Below, in pieces: positions 28,472 to 37,601 of a DNA stretch of 51,416 nucleotides. Source of the stretch: Candidatus Omnitrophota bacterium (GTDB lineage: Bacteria; Omnitrophota; Gorgyraeia; Gygaellales; Profunditerraquicolaceae). The notes beneath the pieces are model-generated. The model saw only the letters and a list, made by a program, of their open reading frames with translations, had not been told where the DNA came from and made no database searches. Location of the stretch: positions 68,690 to 120,105 of the forward strand of contig JBASUY010000042.1 of the NCBI GenBank assembly GCA_049275655.1, written 5' to 3'. The translations under genes and the position numbers were made by a program. Each line of letters begins with the position of its first letter. Position 1 is the first letter of the stretch.

Positions 28472-28761
28472 TGAACGAGCAAAAAAAAGATTTTATCCCC
28501 CCTAATCCGGATTTTAGCTTTTTTATTACTACTATCTCTATTCAGGCTTCTATAGCTTTAGGTAAAATAGCAAACCCTGCTACAAATAAGATGGAGGAGG
28601 ATTTAACCCAAGCTAAATTCCTCATAGATACTTTAGGGATGCTACAAGAGAAGACTAAAGGCAACCTGGATACAAATGAATCTAAACTTTTAGAAAATTT
28701 GCTTTATGAATTAAGAAGTGCCTATCTTTCAAAATCTGACAAAAAAGGGGGGCAAGGTTGA
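28471..28761 (+). CDS. DUF1844-like small protein
   Basis: 96 aa; FSFFITTISIQASIALGKIANP ... AKFLIDTLGMLQEKTKGNL pattern recalled for DUF1844. 1-nt overlap (TGATG) with the upstream gene. Confidence 0.6.
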   Translation: MNEQKKDFIPPNPDFSFFITTISIQASIALGKIANPATNKMEEDLTQAKFLIDTLGMLQEKTKGNLDTNESKLLENLLYELRSAYLSKSDKKGGQG

Positions 28762-28913
28762 TAGATAAGGAACTTTTGGATATTTTAGCCTGTCCCTCAT
28801 GTAAGGGGGATGTTTTTTTAAAAGAGGGCTGGATAGTCTGTAAAACTTGCGGGAAGAAGTACCCTATTAAAGACGGGGTGCCGATTATGATTATAGAGGA
28901 AGCCGAAGATTAA
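28758..28913 (+). CDS. Trm112-family zinc-ribbon protein
   Basis: Not in the ORF track. TTG start; [12 protein letters not shown]...[22 protein letters not shown] is the Trm112/YcaR pattern. Overlaps the DUF1844 stop by 4 nt. Confidence 0.7.
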   Translation: MIDKELLDILACPSCKGDVFLKEGWIVCKTCGKKYPIKDGVPIMIIEEAED

Positions 28914-28915
28914 CT

Positions 28916-29347
28916 ATGAAACGGATATTAGTTATACACGGGCCTAATTTAAATTTATTAGGCAAAAGAGAGCCTAAAGTGTATGGCAAGATAACCCTTA
29001 AAGAGATTAACCAAGGGTTAATGAAGATAGCTAAAAAGCGTAAGGCCTCTTTAACCATTAAACAGTCTAATCATGAAGGGCAGATAGTAGAGATAATCAA
29101 TAAGGCCATAGGTAAATTTGATGCCCTTTTGATTAACCCCGCAGCTTATACGCATACTAGCGTTGCTATAAGAGACGCCATAGCTGCCACAGGCCTTTTT
29201 ACAATAGAGGTCCACCTCTCTAATATCTATTCCCGCGAGGAGTTCCGCCATAAATCCCTCATTAGCCCAGTAGCTAACGGGACTATTTTAGGTTTTGGTG
29301 CTAAAAGTTATTATTTGGGATTAGAGGCAATTTTAGAATTAATTTAA
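28916..29347 (+). CDS. aroQ: 3-dehydroquinate dehydratase, type II
   Basis: [44 protein letters not shown] motifs. Confidence 0.92.
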   Translation: MKRILVIHGPNLNLLGKREPKVYGKITLKEINQGLMKIAKKRKASLTIKQSNHEGQIVEIINKAIGKFDALLINPAAYTHTSVAIRDAIAATGLFTIEVHLSNIYSREEFRHKSLISPVANGTILGFGAKSYYLGLEAILELI

Positions 29348-29351
29348 CTTA

Positions 29352-30413
29352 ATGAATAATAGAGCCAGGGTTTTCCAAAAAAGGCTTTCTAATAGCAATT
29401 TAGATGGGTTTATCCTTTCTTTTGCGCAAAATCTATCCTACCTGACCGGAATTTCTAACTCTGAGGCCTATACCCTTATCTCTAAGCGCGCAATAACTTA
29501 TTTTACTGATCCAAGGTTTAAAGATAGTTCAAAGAAGATGCTAAAAGGGCAGGCTACTTTGAAAATTTTCCGCGGTTCTGTATTTGGGCAACTTGCGCAA
29601 ACAATTATAAAACAAGGTTTAAAAAGAGTAGGCTTTGAAGAGAGGCACTTACCTTTTGCCGAGTATAAGAAGATAAAGTCTCTACTTAAAGGAAGAGCCC
29701 TTCTTGTGCCTACCTATGGGGTTGTAGAGGGATTAAGGGAGGTCAAAACTCCTGAAGAGATATCAAATATTAGAAAAGCGCTTACAATTACTGCCTCAGC
29801 AGTTCATTTCATTAAAGATTTTCTGCAACCAGGCCTTAAAGAGTTAGAGATAGCTGCTGAATTAGAGCGTTTTATAAGGTATCAGGGCGCTAGCGGCTCT
29901 TCATTTGACACTATTGTTGCTATAGGAAGCAACTCTGCTTATCCTCATCATAAGCCTACCTTAAGGAAGTTAAAAAATAACGAAATCCTTCTTATTGATA
30001 TGGGGGTAGATTATCTTGGCTATAAATCCGACTTGACAAGGGTCTTCTTTTTGGGTAAAATTAATACCCTTGCCTTTAAAATTTATAATATTATAAAGGA
30101 AGCCCAAAGGTTAGCAATCAAAGAGATAAGGCCGGGGAAGAGTTGTACTGAGATAGATGCCGTTGCTCGTAACTATATAGCTTCTAAGGGTTACGCAAAA
30201 AACTTTACTCATAGCTTAGGCCATGGAATTGGCCTAAATGTGCATGAGTCACCCTATATAACCTGCGGGAACAACGAAATTTTAAAGGAAGGGATGGTCT
30301 TTACCGTAGAACCGGCGATTTATCTTCCGGGTAAGTTCGGGGTACGTATTGAAGATATGGTTTTAGTGGTTAAAAATGGATGCGAGGTCTTAAGTGGCTC
30401 TATCGATAAATGA
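29352..30413 (+). CDS. pepP: Xaa-Pro aminopeptidase (M24B)
   Basis: Creatinase-like N-domain plus the M24 metal ligands (DMGVDYLGYKSDLTR, HSLGHGIGLNVHE, TVEPAIY, RIEDMV). Confidence 0.85.
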   Translation: MNNRARVFQKRLSNSNLDGFILSFAQNLSYLTGISNSEAYTLISKRAITYFTDPRFKDSSKKMLKGQATLKIFRGSVFGQLAQTIIKQGLKRVGFEERHLPFAEYKKIKSLLKGRALLVPTYGVVEGLREVKTPEEISNIRKALTITASAVHFIKDFLQPGLKELEIAAELERFIRYQGASGSSFDTIVAIGSNSAYPHHKPTLRKLKNNEILLIDMGVDYLGYKSDLTRVFFLGKINTLAFKIYNIIKEAQRLAIKEIRPGKSCTEIDAVARNYIASKGYAKNFTHSLGHGIGLNVHESPYITCGNNEILKEGMVFTVEPAIYLPGKFGVRIEDMVLVVKNGCEVLSGSIDK

Positions 30414-30957
30414 TATAAAATCAGGGGTTACTATTCTTGTTGACGGCGGGGTTTTTGTTGTTGTTGATGCCCAGCATGTTAAACCGGGGAAGGGGACTGC
30501 CTTTGTGCGCGCAAAACTTAAAAATATGAAAAACTCTTCTATTTTAGATAAAACCTTTCGTGGCGATGAAAAGATTGAACAGGCTTATGTAGAGGAGCGC
30601 AAGCTTCAGTACCAATATACCTCAGGCCACCTATTCCATTTTATGGATCAAGATAACTTTGAGGAGATAGCTGTTTCCCAGGAAGCATTGGGAGAAAAGA
30701 GGATATTCCTCAAAGATAACCTTGAGGTTTTAGGGTACTTTTATAAAGACGATGTTCTTTCTATTAACCTGCCTAACTTTATTGAATTTGAGGTTACCCA
30801 TACTGAACCGGGGATAAAAGGGGATACGGCCAAAAGCGGCACTAAGCCTGCACAGGTAGAGACAGGCGCAACTATTCAGGTTCCGCTTTTTATTAATATC
30901 GGGGATAGGATAAAGGTTGATACCCGTAGCGCAGAATACGTTGAAAGGGTTAATTAA
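30394..30957 (+). CDS. efp: Elongation factor P
   Basis: [45 protein letters not shown] start overlaps the pepP end by 20 nt. Confidence 0.93.
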   Translation: MALSINDIKSGVTILVDGGVFVVVDAQHVKPGKGTAFVRAKLKNMKNSSILDKTFRGDEKIEQAYVEERKLQYQYTSGHLFHFMDQDNFEEIAVSQEALGEKRIFLKDNLEVLGYFYKDDVLSINLPNFIEFEVTHTEPGIKGDTAKSGTKPAQVETGATIQVPLFINIGDRIKVDTRSAEYVERVN

Positions 30958-30974
30958 GAAGAAGGAAGGAACTT

Positions 30975-31427
30975 ATGAATATAAAAGAGATTAAAGAGAT
31001 GATTAATCTTATGAACGAGAATAACTTGATGGAGCTTGAGATAGAAAAGGATGGTATGCGCATCCGCCTTAAAAAAACTCCTGCTGGGGTAGAGGCTCTT
31101 TCTATGCCTATTATGCCAGAGAGAGAAAAATATGTTGAGACTCCTGTAATCCAACCTAAAGAGTCCTCTAAGGAGCAGAGTAGCAAATCTATAGAGATAA
31201 AATCTCCTATGGTTGGGACATTTTACCGCGCGCCTAGCCCTGAATCTGCGCCTTTTGTAGAGATTGGCCAGAAGGTAGAGCCTGGGCAGGTCCTTTGCAT
31301 AATAGAGGCAATGAAACTTATGAATGAGATTAAAGCAGAGGTAAGAGGAAAGATACTTGAGGTATTAGTTGATAATGCTGAGCCTATTGAATTCGGCCAA
31401 CCGATATTTTTAATAGAACCTCTATAA
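30975..31427 (+). CDS. accB: Biotin carboxyl carrier protein of acetyl-CoA carboxylase
   Basis: Biotinyl-lysine motif [12 protein letters not shown]; Pro/Ala-type linker; precedes accC. Confidence 0.92.
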   Translation: MNIKEIKEMINLMNENNLMELEIEKDGMRIRLKKTPAGVEALSMPIMPEREKYVETPVIQPKESSKEQSSKSIEIKSPMVGTFYRAPSPESAPFVEIGQKVEPGQVLCIIEAMKLMNEIKAEVRGKILEVLVDNAEPIEFGQPIFLIEPL

Positions 31428-31430
31428 AGG

Positions 31431-32792
31431 ATGTTTTCTAAGATACTTATTGCAAACCGAGGCGAAATAGCCTTAAGGATTATACGGGCTTGCCGTGAAT
31501 TAGGAATACGCACAGTAGCGGTTTATTCTCAGGCAGACCGCGATTCCTTGCATGTTCGTTTTGCGGATGAGGCTGTTTGCATAGGTAGCGCACCTTCTTC
31601 TGGTAGTTATCTTAATATTCCTGCTATTATCAGCGCAGCTGAAATTACTGACGTAGAAGCGATACACCCGGGATACGGGTTCTTAGCAGAGAATGCCCAT
31701 TTTGCCGAGATATGCGAATCTTGCAAGATAACCTTTATTGGCCCTACTCCTCAAAATATTAGATTGATGGGGGATAAGATGGCTGCGCGCTCCTCTATGC
31801 ATAAGGCAGGGTTACCGATAGTCCCTGGTAGCGCTGCAGCGATAAAAAATAAAGAGGAGGCATTAAAGACGGCTAAATCAATAGGCTATCCTGTAATCAT
31901 CAAGGCTGCTGCCGGAGGAGGAGGCAAGGGGATGCGTATATGCCATAATGACCTTACGCTTATCTCAAGCATCATGACTGCGCAGTCAGAAGCAGAAGCA
32001 AATTTTGGGAACTCAAATGTATATATAGAAAAATATATTGAGAAGCCCCGTCATATAGAGGTTCAGATTATAGCCGATAGGTTAGGGAATATATTACAGT
32101 TAGGAGAAAGGGATTGTAGTATTCAAAGAAGGCATCAAAAGCTCCTTGAAGAATCCCCTTCCTCGGTTGTAGATACCAAGATGCGTAAAAAGCTTGGAGA
32201 GTTGGTTATAAAAGGGATGAAGTCAGTAAATTATTTAAGTTGTGGGACGATAGAGTTTTTATTAGATACAAAAACAAGCAAGTTTTATTTTATGGAGATG
32301 AATACTCGTATTCAGGTAGAGCACCCTGTAACAGAGATGGTTACAGGGATAGATTTGATTAAAGAGCAGTTACGGGTAGCCTCAGGAGAGAAGCTTAAGA
32401 TTCGCCAAGAGGATATTCAGATTAAAGGCGCGGCTATAGAATGCAGGATTAATGCTGAAGACCCGGAAGCAGGATTTATGCCTTCTCCGGGGAAGATTAA
32501 TGATTTGGTTTTGCCCGGAGGGCCTAATGTCCGGGTGGATACACATTTATACGCAGGATACGAGGTGCCCCCTTATTACGATTCATTGTTGGCTAAGCTT
32601 ATAGTATATGGGAATAACCGTAATGAAGCGATAAAGGGTATGTCGCGCGCTTTAAGCGAGTTTGTCATTTCGCCGATAAAAACAACTATACCTTTTCATC
32701 TAAAACTTATGGAGAATCCTTTATTTTTAAAAGGCGATATATCTACGCATTTTATACAGGATATGCTTAAAGATGAACCTAAAGGAGGTTAG
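31431..32792 (+). CDS. accC: Biotin carboxylase
   Basis: [29 protein letters not shown]-grasp [22 protein letters not shown]. Confidence 0.95.
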   Translation: MFSKILIANRGEIALRIIRACRELGIRTVAVYSQADRDSLHVRFADEAVCIGSAPSSGSYLNIPAIISAAEITDVEAIHPGYGFLAENAHFAEICESCKITFIGPTPQNIRLMGDKMAARSSMHKAGLPIVPGSAAAIKNKEEALKTAKSIGYPVIIKAAAGGGGKGMRICHNDLTLISSIMTAQSEAEANFGNSNVYIEKYIEKPRHIEVQIIADRLGNILQLGERDCSIQRRHQKLLEESPSSVVDTKMRKKLGELVIKGMKSVNYLSCGTIEFLLDTKTSKFYFMEMNTRIQVEHPVTEMVTGIDLIKEQLRVASGEKLKIRQEDIQIKGAAIECRINAEDPEAGFMPSPGKINDLVLPGGPNVRVDTHLYAGYEVPPYYDSLLAKLIVYGNNRNEAIKGMSRALSEFVISPIKTTIPFHLKLMENPLFLKGDISTHFIQDMLKDEPKGG

Positions 32793-32796
32793 AAGA

Positions 32797-33150
32797 TTGT
32801 CACAGGAACAGACGCGTACAGAATTAGGCGTGATTAAAGTACATGAAAACGTGATTGCCTCTATTGCTTCTATTACAGCAGTAGAAACTCCCGGGGTAAA
32901 ATCCGTAGATAAAAGCCTAAGGGCTAAAGTTGCAGAGATTTTAGGCAGAAAGAGAAACTTAGGTGTTAATGTTAAGATTAGCAGGGCTCAAGAGGTTAGT
33001 ATAGGGATACCATTAATAGTAAAATACGGTTTTAATATTCCTGAGGTAGCGGGGATGGTTCAGGATAATGTCCGGCAGGCTTTAGAGAAGATGACTAATT
33101 TGTTAATCAAGGATATAAACGTTAATGTAACCGGTATAGAAAGGGGCTGA
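32797..33150 (+). CDS. Asp23/Gls24-family envelope stress protein
   Basis: GVIKVHENVIASIASITAVETPGV pattern. The TTG at 32797, 8 nt after AAGGAGG and just past the accC stop, is preferred to the in-frame ATG at 32773. Confidence 0.78.
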   Translation: MSQEQTRTELGVIKVHENVIASIASITAVETPGVKSVDKSLRAKVAEILGRKRNLGVNVKISRAQEVSIGIPLIVKYGFNIPEVAGMVQDNVRQALEKMTNLLIKDINVNVTGIERG

Positions 33151-33152
33151 TT

Positions 33153-33752
33153 ATGAGGATATTTACTGTTTTAGGGGTATTATTTTATGCAACGGTTATA
33201 ATTTTGACAGGCATCGTTTTAATATCCTTTTCTTTCAATCTTTTATTGCCGCAGGATATAAATCAAGCGCTCCTTCGTATTCAAGAGAGCATTAATACCC
33301 GCGTGGTTACCGGTTTATCAGGATTACTCTTAGTTTTAATAAGCTTTTCTTTTGCCCAGTTGATTCTTGGGCGCCTCCAACGCGAGAAGACGATAGCCTT
33401 TAGCACTTCTTCAGGAGAGGTGACCATAGCCCTTTCTGCAGTTGAGGATTTAATACGTAGGCTTACAACTGCTATGCCAGAGATAAAGGAGCTTAGGCCT
33501 GATGTAATCGCTAGTAAAAAAGGGATAATCGTTGATTTAAGGGTTATATTAAAAAGAGAGGTTAATATCCCGGAATTAACCTCACGCCTTCAAGAGATAA
33601 CAAGAGGAAGGATTCAAGAGGTTTTAGGCATAGAAGAGCAGATTATCGTTAAGATCCATGTGGCTAAGATAGTAGCATCGGAAGAAAAGAAGAGAAAGGA
33701 CTGGGAGAAAGAAGGGTTAACAGCCCCTTTTGCCGGTTACGAGAGAACTTAA
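33153..33752 (+). CDS. Membrane-anchored protein, AmaP-like (alkaline shock response membrane anchor)
   Basis: Two N-terminal TM segments and a position directly after an Asp23 gene. Assignment rests on context and architecture only. Confidence 0.45.
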   Translation: MRIFTVLGVLFYATVIILTGIVLISFSFNLLLPQDINQALLRIQESINTRVVTGLSGLLLVLISFSFAQLILGRLQREKTIAFSTSSGEVTIALSAVEDLIRRLTTAMPEIKELRPDVIASKKGIIVDLRVILKREVNIPELTSRLQEITRGRIQEVLGIEEQIIVKIHVAKIVASEEKKRKDWEKEGLTAPFAGYERT

Positions 33753-33772
33753 CTATCAATTAAAAGGAGAAG

Positions 33773-34810
33773 ATGAAAATGGAGAGGATAGGTATTTTAA
33801 CTGGAGGAGGAGATTGTCCGGGATTAAATCCAGTAATAAGAGCAGCAGTAAGAAAAGGTTTGTTAGAAGGTTTTGAGTTTATAGGGATTAAGGATGGCTG
33901 GAAGGGCTTGGTAGAGAACACTACTATCCCGCTAAACATAGATACTATTTCGGGTATTCTTAATAAAGGTGGAACTATACTGGGAACGTCGCGTACCAAC
34001 CCTTATAAAAAAGAGGGCTTAGTAGAAAAGGTAAAGGAAAATTTCAAAAAAATGGGCCTCCATGCTTTAATAGCAATTGGAGGAGAAGATACCTTAGGTG
34101 TGGCTTCAAAACTTTTTGATGATGGTTTGACTAATGTAGTTGGGGTCCCTAAGACTATAGACAACGACCTCTCTGCCACAGATTATACCTTTGGTTTTGA
34201 TACAGCTTTAAATATAGCCACAGAAGCTATAGATAGGTTGCATACAACTGCCGAGAGTCATCATCGTGTTATAGTTGTTGAGGTGATGGGCAGGCACGCA
34301 GGTTGGATTGCGGTTGAAGCAGGAATAGCCGGGGGGGCGGATGTTACCTTAATCCCGGAAGTTCCGATTGATTTAAATGAGGTTTGCGAGATAATAACTA
34401 AGAGACGCTCTAGAGGAAAGTCTTTTAGTATAGTGGTAGTGGCTGAGGGGGCGCAATTCAAAGAAAAAGGGATGGTGCTTCAGGAGCAAGAATTAGATGC
34501 TTTTGGCCATGTGAGGCTTGGTGGAATAGGGGATATTTTGGCTAAAGAGATAGAAAAAAAGACCGGTTTTGAAACAAGGGTTGCAGTCTTAGGGCATCTT
34601 CAAAGAGGAGGTTCTCCTACTGCCTTTGATCGGGTCCTCGGGACAAGGTTAGGGGTAAAGGCAGTGGAGATGATCAAGGAGAAGAAGTTTGGAAGGATGG
34701 CAGCTTTGCAAGGGGTTAAAATAGTGGATGTGCCTTTAAAGGAAGCAGTAAAAGAATTAAAAACTGTGGACCTAGCGCTGTATAATGTTGCTAAAGTCTT
34801 CTCAGGCTAA
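33773..34810 (+). CDS. pfk: 6-phosphofructokinase, probably pyrophosphate-dependent
   Basis: GGGDCPGLN, IGGEDTLG (Asp at the E. coli Gly104 position), PKTIDND (Lys at the Gly124 position), MGRHAG. Confidence 0.85.
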   Translation: MKMERIGILTGGGDCPGLNPVIRAAVRKGLLEGFEFIGIKDGWKGLVENTTIPLNIDTISGILNKGGTILGTSRTNPYKKEGLVEKVKENFKKMGLHALIAIGGEDTLGVASKLFDDGLTNVVGVPKTIDNDLSATDYTFGFDTALNIATEAIDRLHTTAESHHRVIVVEVMGRHAGWIAVEAGIAGGADVTLIPEVPIDLNEVCEIITKRRSRGKSFSIVVVAEGAQFKEKGMVLQEQELDAFGHVRLGGIGDILAKEIEKKTGFETRVAVLGHLQRGGSPTAFDRVLGTRLGVKAVEMIKEKKFGRMAALQGVKIVDVPLKEAVKELKTVDLALYNVAKVFSG

Positions 34811-34820
34811 AAGGAGAAAT

Positions 34821-35390
34821 ATGCGCAGGGTAATAGAAGATGCTATATTAGAAAGTATAAGGGTTAAAGAAGGGCTTATTAAAGCCAATATAGGAGATAT
34901 TCTTAAAATAGCTAATGAAATAATATCTTCTATTAAAAAAGGCGGAAAGTTAATTATCTTTGGCAATGGCGGTTCTGCAAGCGATGCCCAACATATCGCC
35001 GCGGAATTAGTAGGCAGATTTAAAAAAGACCGTCCTGCATTGCCGGCTATAGCCCTTACGGTAAATACATCAATAATAACGGCATTGGCTAATGATTTTG
35101 GCTATGAGGCCGTATTTGCAAGGCAGGTTGAGGCTCTGGCTAAAAAACCGGATATAGTATTAGGCATATCTACCAGCGGGAAGGCTAAAAATGTCTCTTT
35201 GGGGTTAAAGGAGGCAAAAAAAATGGGCCTTTATACAATAGCCTTAACCGGTTGCGACGGGGGGGAGGTTAAAGGCGATGCGGATATTTCTTTGATTGTG
35301 CCTTCTTATGATACTCCGCGGATACAAGAATCTCATATCTTAATCGGGCATATTATCTGTCAATTAGTAGAAGATTCCGGCGTATGTTGA
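34821..35390 (+). CDS. gmhA: Phosphoheptose (sedoheptulose-7-phosphate) isomerase
   Basis: SIS domain GNGGSASDAQHIAAEL, ISTSGKAKNV. The ATG at 34821, 5 nt after AAGGAG, is preferred to the ORF start at 34785. Confidence 0.88.
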   Translation: MRRVIEDAILESIRVKEGLIKANIGDILKIANEIISSIKKGGKLIIFGNGGSASDAQHIAAELVGRFKKDRPALPAIALTVNTSIITALANDFGYEAVFARQVEALAKKPDIVLGISTSGKAKNVSLGLKEAKKMGLYTIALTGCDGGEVKGDADISLIVPSYDTPRIQESHILIGHIICQLVEDSGVC

Positions 35391-35869
35391 AAGATAAGAT
35401 AAAGAGCTTAAGTTTCCTTAAGAAAAAAATTCTAAAACTTAAAAAGAAAGGCAAAAGAATAGTTTTTACTAACGGATGCTTTGACCTGCTTCATTACGGG
35501 CATGCTAAATATCTTGAGGATGCTAAAGCAAAAGGGGATATTCTTATAGTAGGGGTTAATAGCGATTCTTCGGTAAGAAAAATTAAGGGTAGTTTGCGTC
35601 CGATAGTAAAGGAGGGTTACCGCTTAAAATTAGTTGCCGCTTTAGAGAGTGTTGATTTTGTTTTAAAATTTAATGAAGAGACCCCTTTAAATATTATAAA
35701 AAAGATAAGGCCGGATATTTTAGTTAAAGGCTCTGACTGGAGCAAGGAAAAAATAGTTGGGGGTGATTTTGTCCTAAACAGAGGAGGAAGGGTTTTGAGG
35801 GTAAAGCTTTGTAAAGGGCTCTCCACGACTAATCTTATAAATAAAATTGTTAAAACAAAGGTCCGTTAA
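35384..35869 (+). CDS. hldC: D-glycero-beta-D-manno-heptose 1-phosphate adenylyltransferase (RfaE domain II, stand-alone)
   Basis: VFTNGCFDLLHYGHAKYLEDAKAKGDILIVGVNSDSSVRKIKG ... DILVKGSDW matches the cytidylyltransferase-fold RfaE C-domain. Confidence 0.85.
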   Translation: MLKDKIKSLSFLKKKILKLKKKGKRIVFTNGCFDLLHYGHAKYLEDAKAKGDILIVGVNSDSSVRKIKGSLRPIVKEGYRLKLVAALESVDFVLKFNEETPLNIIKKIRPDILVKGSDWSKEKIVGGDFVLNRGGRVLRVKLCKGLSTTNLINKIVKTKVR

Positions 35870-36266
35870 CCGTATTATTGACGCTAATATTAACCGCGCT
35901 AAAGAGGGCTTACGCGTTTGCGAGGAGGTTTGTAGGTTCGCTTTAGAAAGTAAAAAGTCTACTATTCTTTTTAAAAGAATCAGGCATAAATTAACTCGCT
36001 TGATAAAAGAGGTTGGCTTAAGGGTTAATTTTATAAGAAACCGCGATAGCCTTAAAGACGCCGGTAAGGGTATTAAAGCAGACGAGCTAAAAAGGTCAGG
36101 TATAGAAGATATATTTATGGCTAATATCCAAAGGGCAAAAGAATCGGTAAGGGTATTAGAGGAGTTTAGTAAGTTATCCGACGTTAAAGTATCAATGAAA
36201 TTTAAAAGGCTTCGTTATTCAATTTATGAGGTAGAAAAACAAGTTTTAACTAAATTGATAAAATGA
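35847..36266 (+). CDS. Stand-alone two-repeat helical protein resembling the N-terminal extension of long ThiE proteins
   Basis: Internal repeat DANINRAKEGLRVCEEVCRF (aa 12-31) and MANIQRAKESVRVLEEFSKL (aa 91-110). Overlaps both neighbours. The family name is a recollection, not verified. Confidence 0.45.
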   Translation: MLKQRSVNRIIDANINRAKEGLRVCEEVCRFALESKKSTILFKRIRHKLTRLIKEVGLRVNFIRNRDSLKDAGKGIKADELKRSGIEDIFMANIQRAKESVRVLEEFSKLSDVKVSMKFKRLRYSIYEVEKQVLTKLIK

Positions 36267-37540
36267 CCCAATTAGAAGAAGCAAGGAATAATAAAATTAA
36301 CTCAACCTTATGCAGGATAGCAAAAAAAGAAGGAGTATCTTCTTTGGCTTTGCTTAAAAATATAAAGTCCGGCAGGACGGTTATCTTAAAAAATAACTCG
36401 CGCTTTCTTAAAAGCCCCTGCGCAGTAGGCAGGGGTGTTTCAACAAAGATTAATGCTAATATTGGTACCTCCACCGATAAATTTAATATTAAAAATGAGT
36501 TAAAAAAGATAGATATCTGCATAAAATATGGAGCGGATACGATTATGGATTTAAGCGTAGGCGGCAATATAAAGAAGATGCGCGCAGAGGTCCTCGGTTA
36601 TTCGCCTATCCCCGTAGGTACTGTTCCTGTTTATGAATTAGCGGTAAGTGCGCAAAAAAGAGGCAACTTGTTAAACTTTGATTACATAGATATGTTGGAG
36701 GTCCTTGAATCTCAAGCTAAAGAAGGGGTTGATTTTTTTACTATTCACGCAGGTGTAACAAAAAAAAGTATAAGCGCTCTTAAGAAGAGCAAGAGGGTTT
36801 TAAATATAGTCTCAAGGGGTGGAGGGATATTGGCTAGTTGGGTTAAGAAGCATAAAAAAGAAAACCCTTTTTTTGAGTATTTTGACAAGATATTGGATAT
36901 AGCTTATAAGTACGATGTGGTATTAAGTTTAGGAGACGGGATGCGCCCCGGCTCTATACTTGATGCAAATGATAGCGCTCAATTTACCGAGCTTAAAATT
37001 TTAGGGGAATTAGCGCTTAGGGCAAGAAGAAGAAACGTTCAGGTTATGATAGAAGGCCCCGGGCATGTCCCGTTAAACCTTATTAAAAAGAATATAGAGA
37101 TGCAAAAAAAGTTTTGCTATGGAGCGCCTTTTTATGTTTTAGGGCCTCTTGTTACGGATATAGCAAGCGGTTATGATCATATCAGTGCTTCTATAGGAGG
37201 GGCTATTGCCGCAGGTTTTGGTGCTGATTTTCTTTGTTATGTTACCCCGGCAGAGCATTTAAGGCACCCTTCCTTATCAGATGTAAAGGAGGGCATAATA
37301 GCCTCTAAGATAGCAGCGCATGCGGCGGATATAGTTAAAAAAAATAAAAGGGCAATTAACCTTAATAGGCAGATTTCTCTTGCTAGAAGAGACCGTAATT
37401 GGGCTAATCAGATTAAATTATCCATAGACCCTGATAAGGCCAAAGAATACAGGTCTTCTTCTAAGCCGTTAGATGAGGAGGTATGCACTATGTGCGGAGG
37501 GTATTGTCCGGTTAAGCTTGCGGGCGTAGTTCATCGGTAG
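36263..37540 (+). CDS. thiC: Phosphomethylpyrimidine synthase ThiC
   Basis: DLSVGG, GDGMRPG, MIEGPGHVP, LGPLVTDIA, C-terminal Fe-S motif CTMCGGYC. The last 21 nt, including the stop, lie inside the tRNA-Gly gene. Confidence 0.93.
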   Translation: MTQLEEARNNKINSTLCRIAKKEGVSSLALLKNIKSGRTVILKNNSRFLKSPCAVGRGVSTKINANIGTSTDKFNIKNELKKIDICIKYGADTIMDLSVGGNIKKMRAEVLGYSPIPVGTVPVYELAVSAQKRGNLLNFDYIDMLEVLESQAKEGVDFFTIHAGVTKKSISALKKSKRVLNIVSRGGGILASWVKKHKKENPFFEYFDKILDIAYKYDVVLSLGDGMRPGSILDANDSAQFTELKILGELALRARRRNVQVMIEGPGHVPLNLIKKNIEMQKKFCYGAPFYVLGPLVTDIASGYDHISASIGGAIAAGFGADFLCYVTPAEHLRHPSLSDVKEGIIASKIAAHAADIVKKNKRAINLNRQISLARRDRNWANQIKLSIDPDKAKEYRSSSKPLDEEVCTMCGGYCPVKLAGVVHR

Positions 37541-37590
37541 AACACCAGCTTCCCAAGCTGGATAGGGCGGTTCGATTCCGCTCGCCCGCT
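37520..37590 (+). tRNA. tRNA-Gly (anticodon CCC)
   Basis: Hand-folded cloverleaf: acceptor GCGGGCG/CGCCCGC, D arm GTTC-ATCGGTA-GAAC, anticodon arm CCAGC-TTCCCAA-GCTGG, 4-nt variable loop, T arm GGCGG-TTCGATT-CCGCT, discriminator T. No encoded CCA. Confidence 0.9.
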
Positions 37591-37601
37591 TTATAAAAAT
37601 T

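Noticed and set aside
35700-36262. Looked for a TPP riboswitch upstream of thiC.
   Set aside because: The region is entirely coding (hldC plus the ThiE-N-like ORF), and I could not find the conserved CUGAGA / ACCUGAUCUGGAUAAUGCCAGCG-type core. A covariance-model scan would be decisive.
36882-36910. TTGACA, 17-nt spacer, TATAAG promoter-like sequence inside thiC.
   Set aside because: It lies within a conserved coding region with no downstream start to serve. It is probably a chance match in AT-rich sequence.
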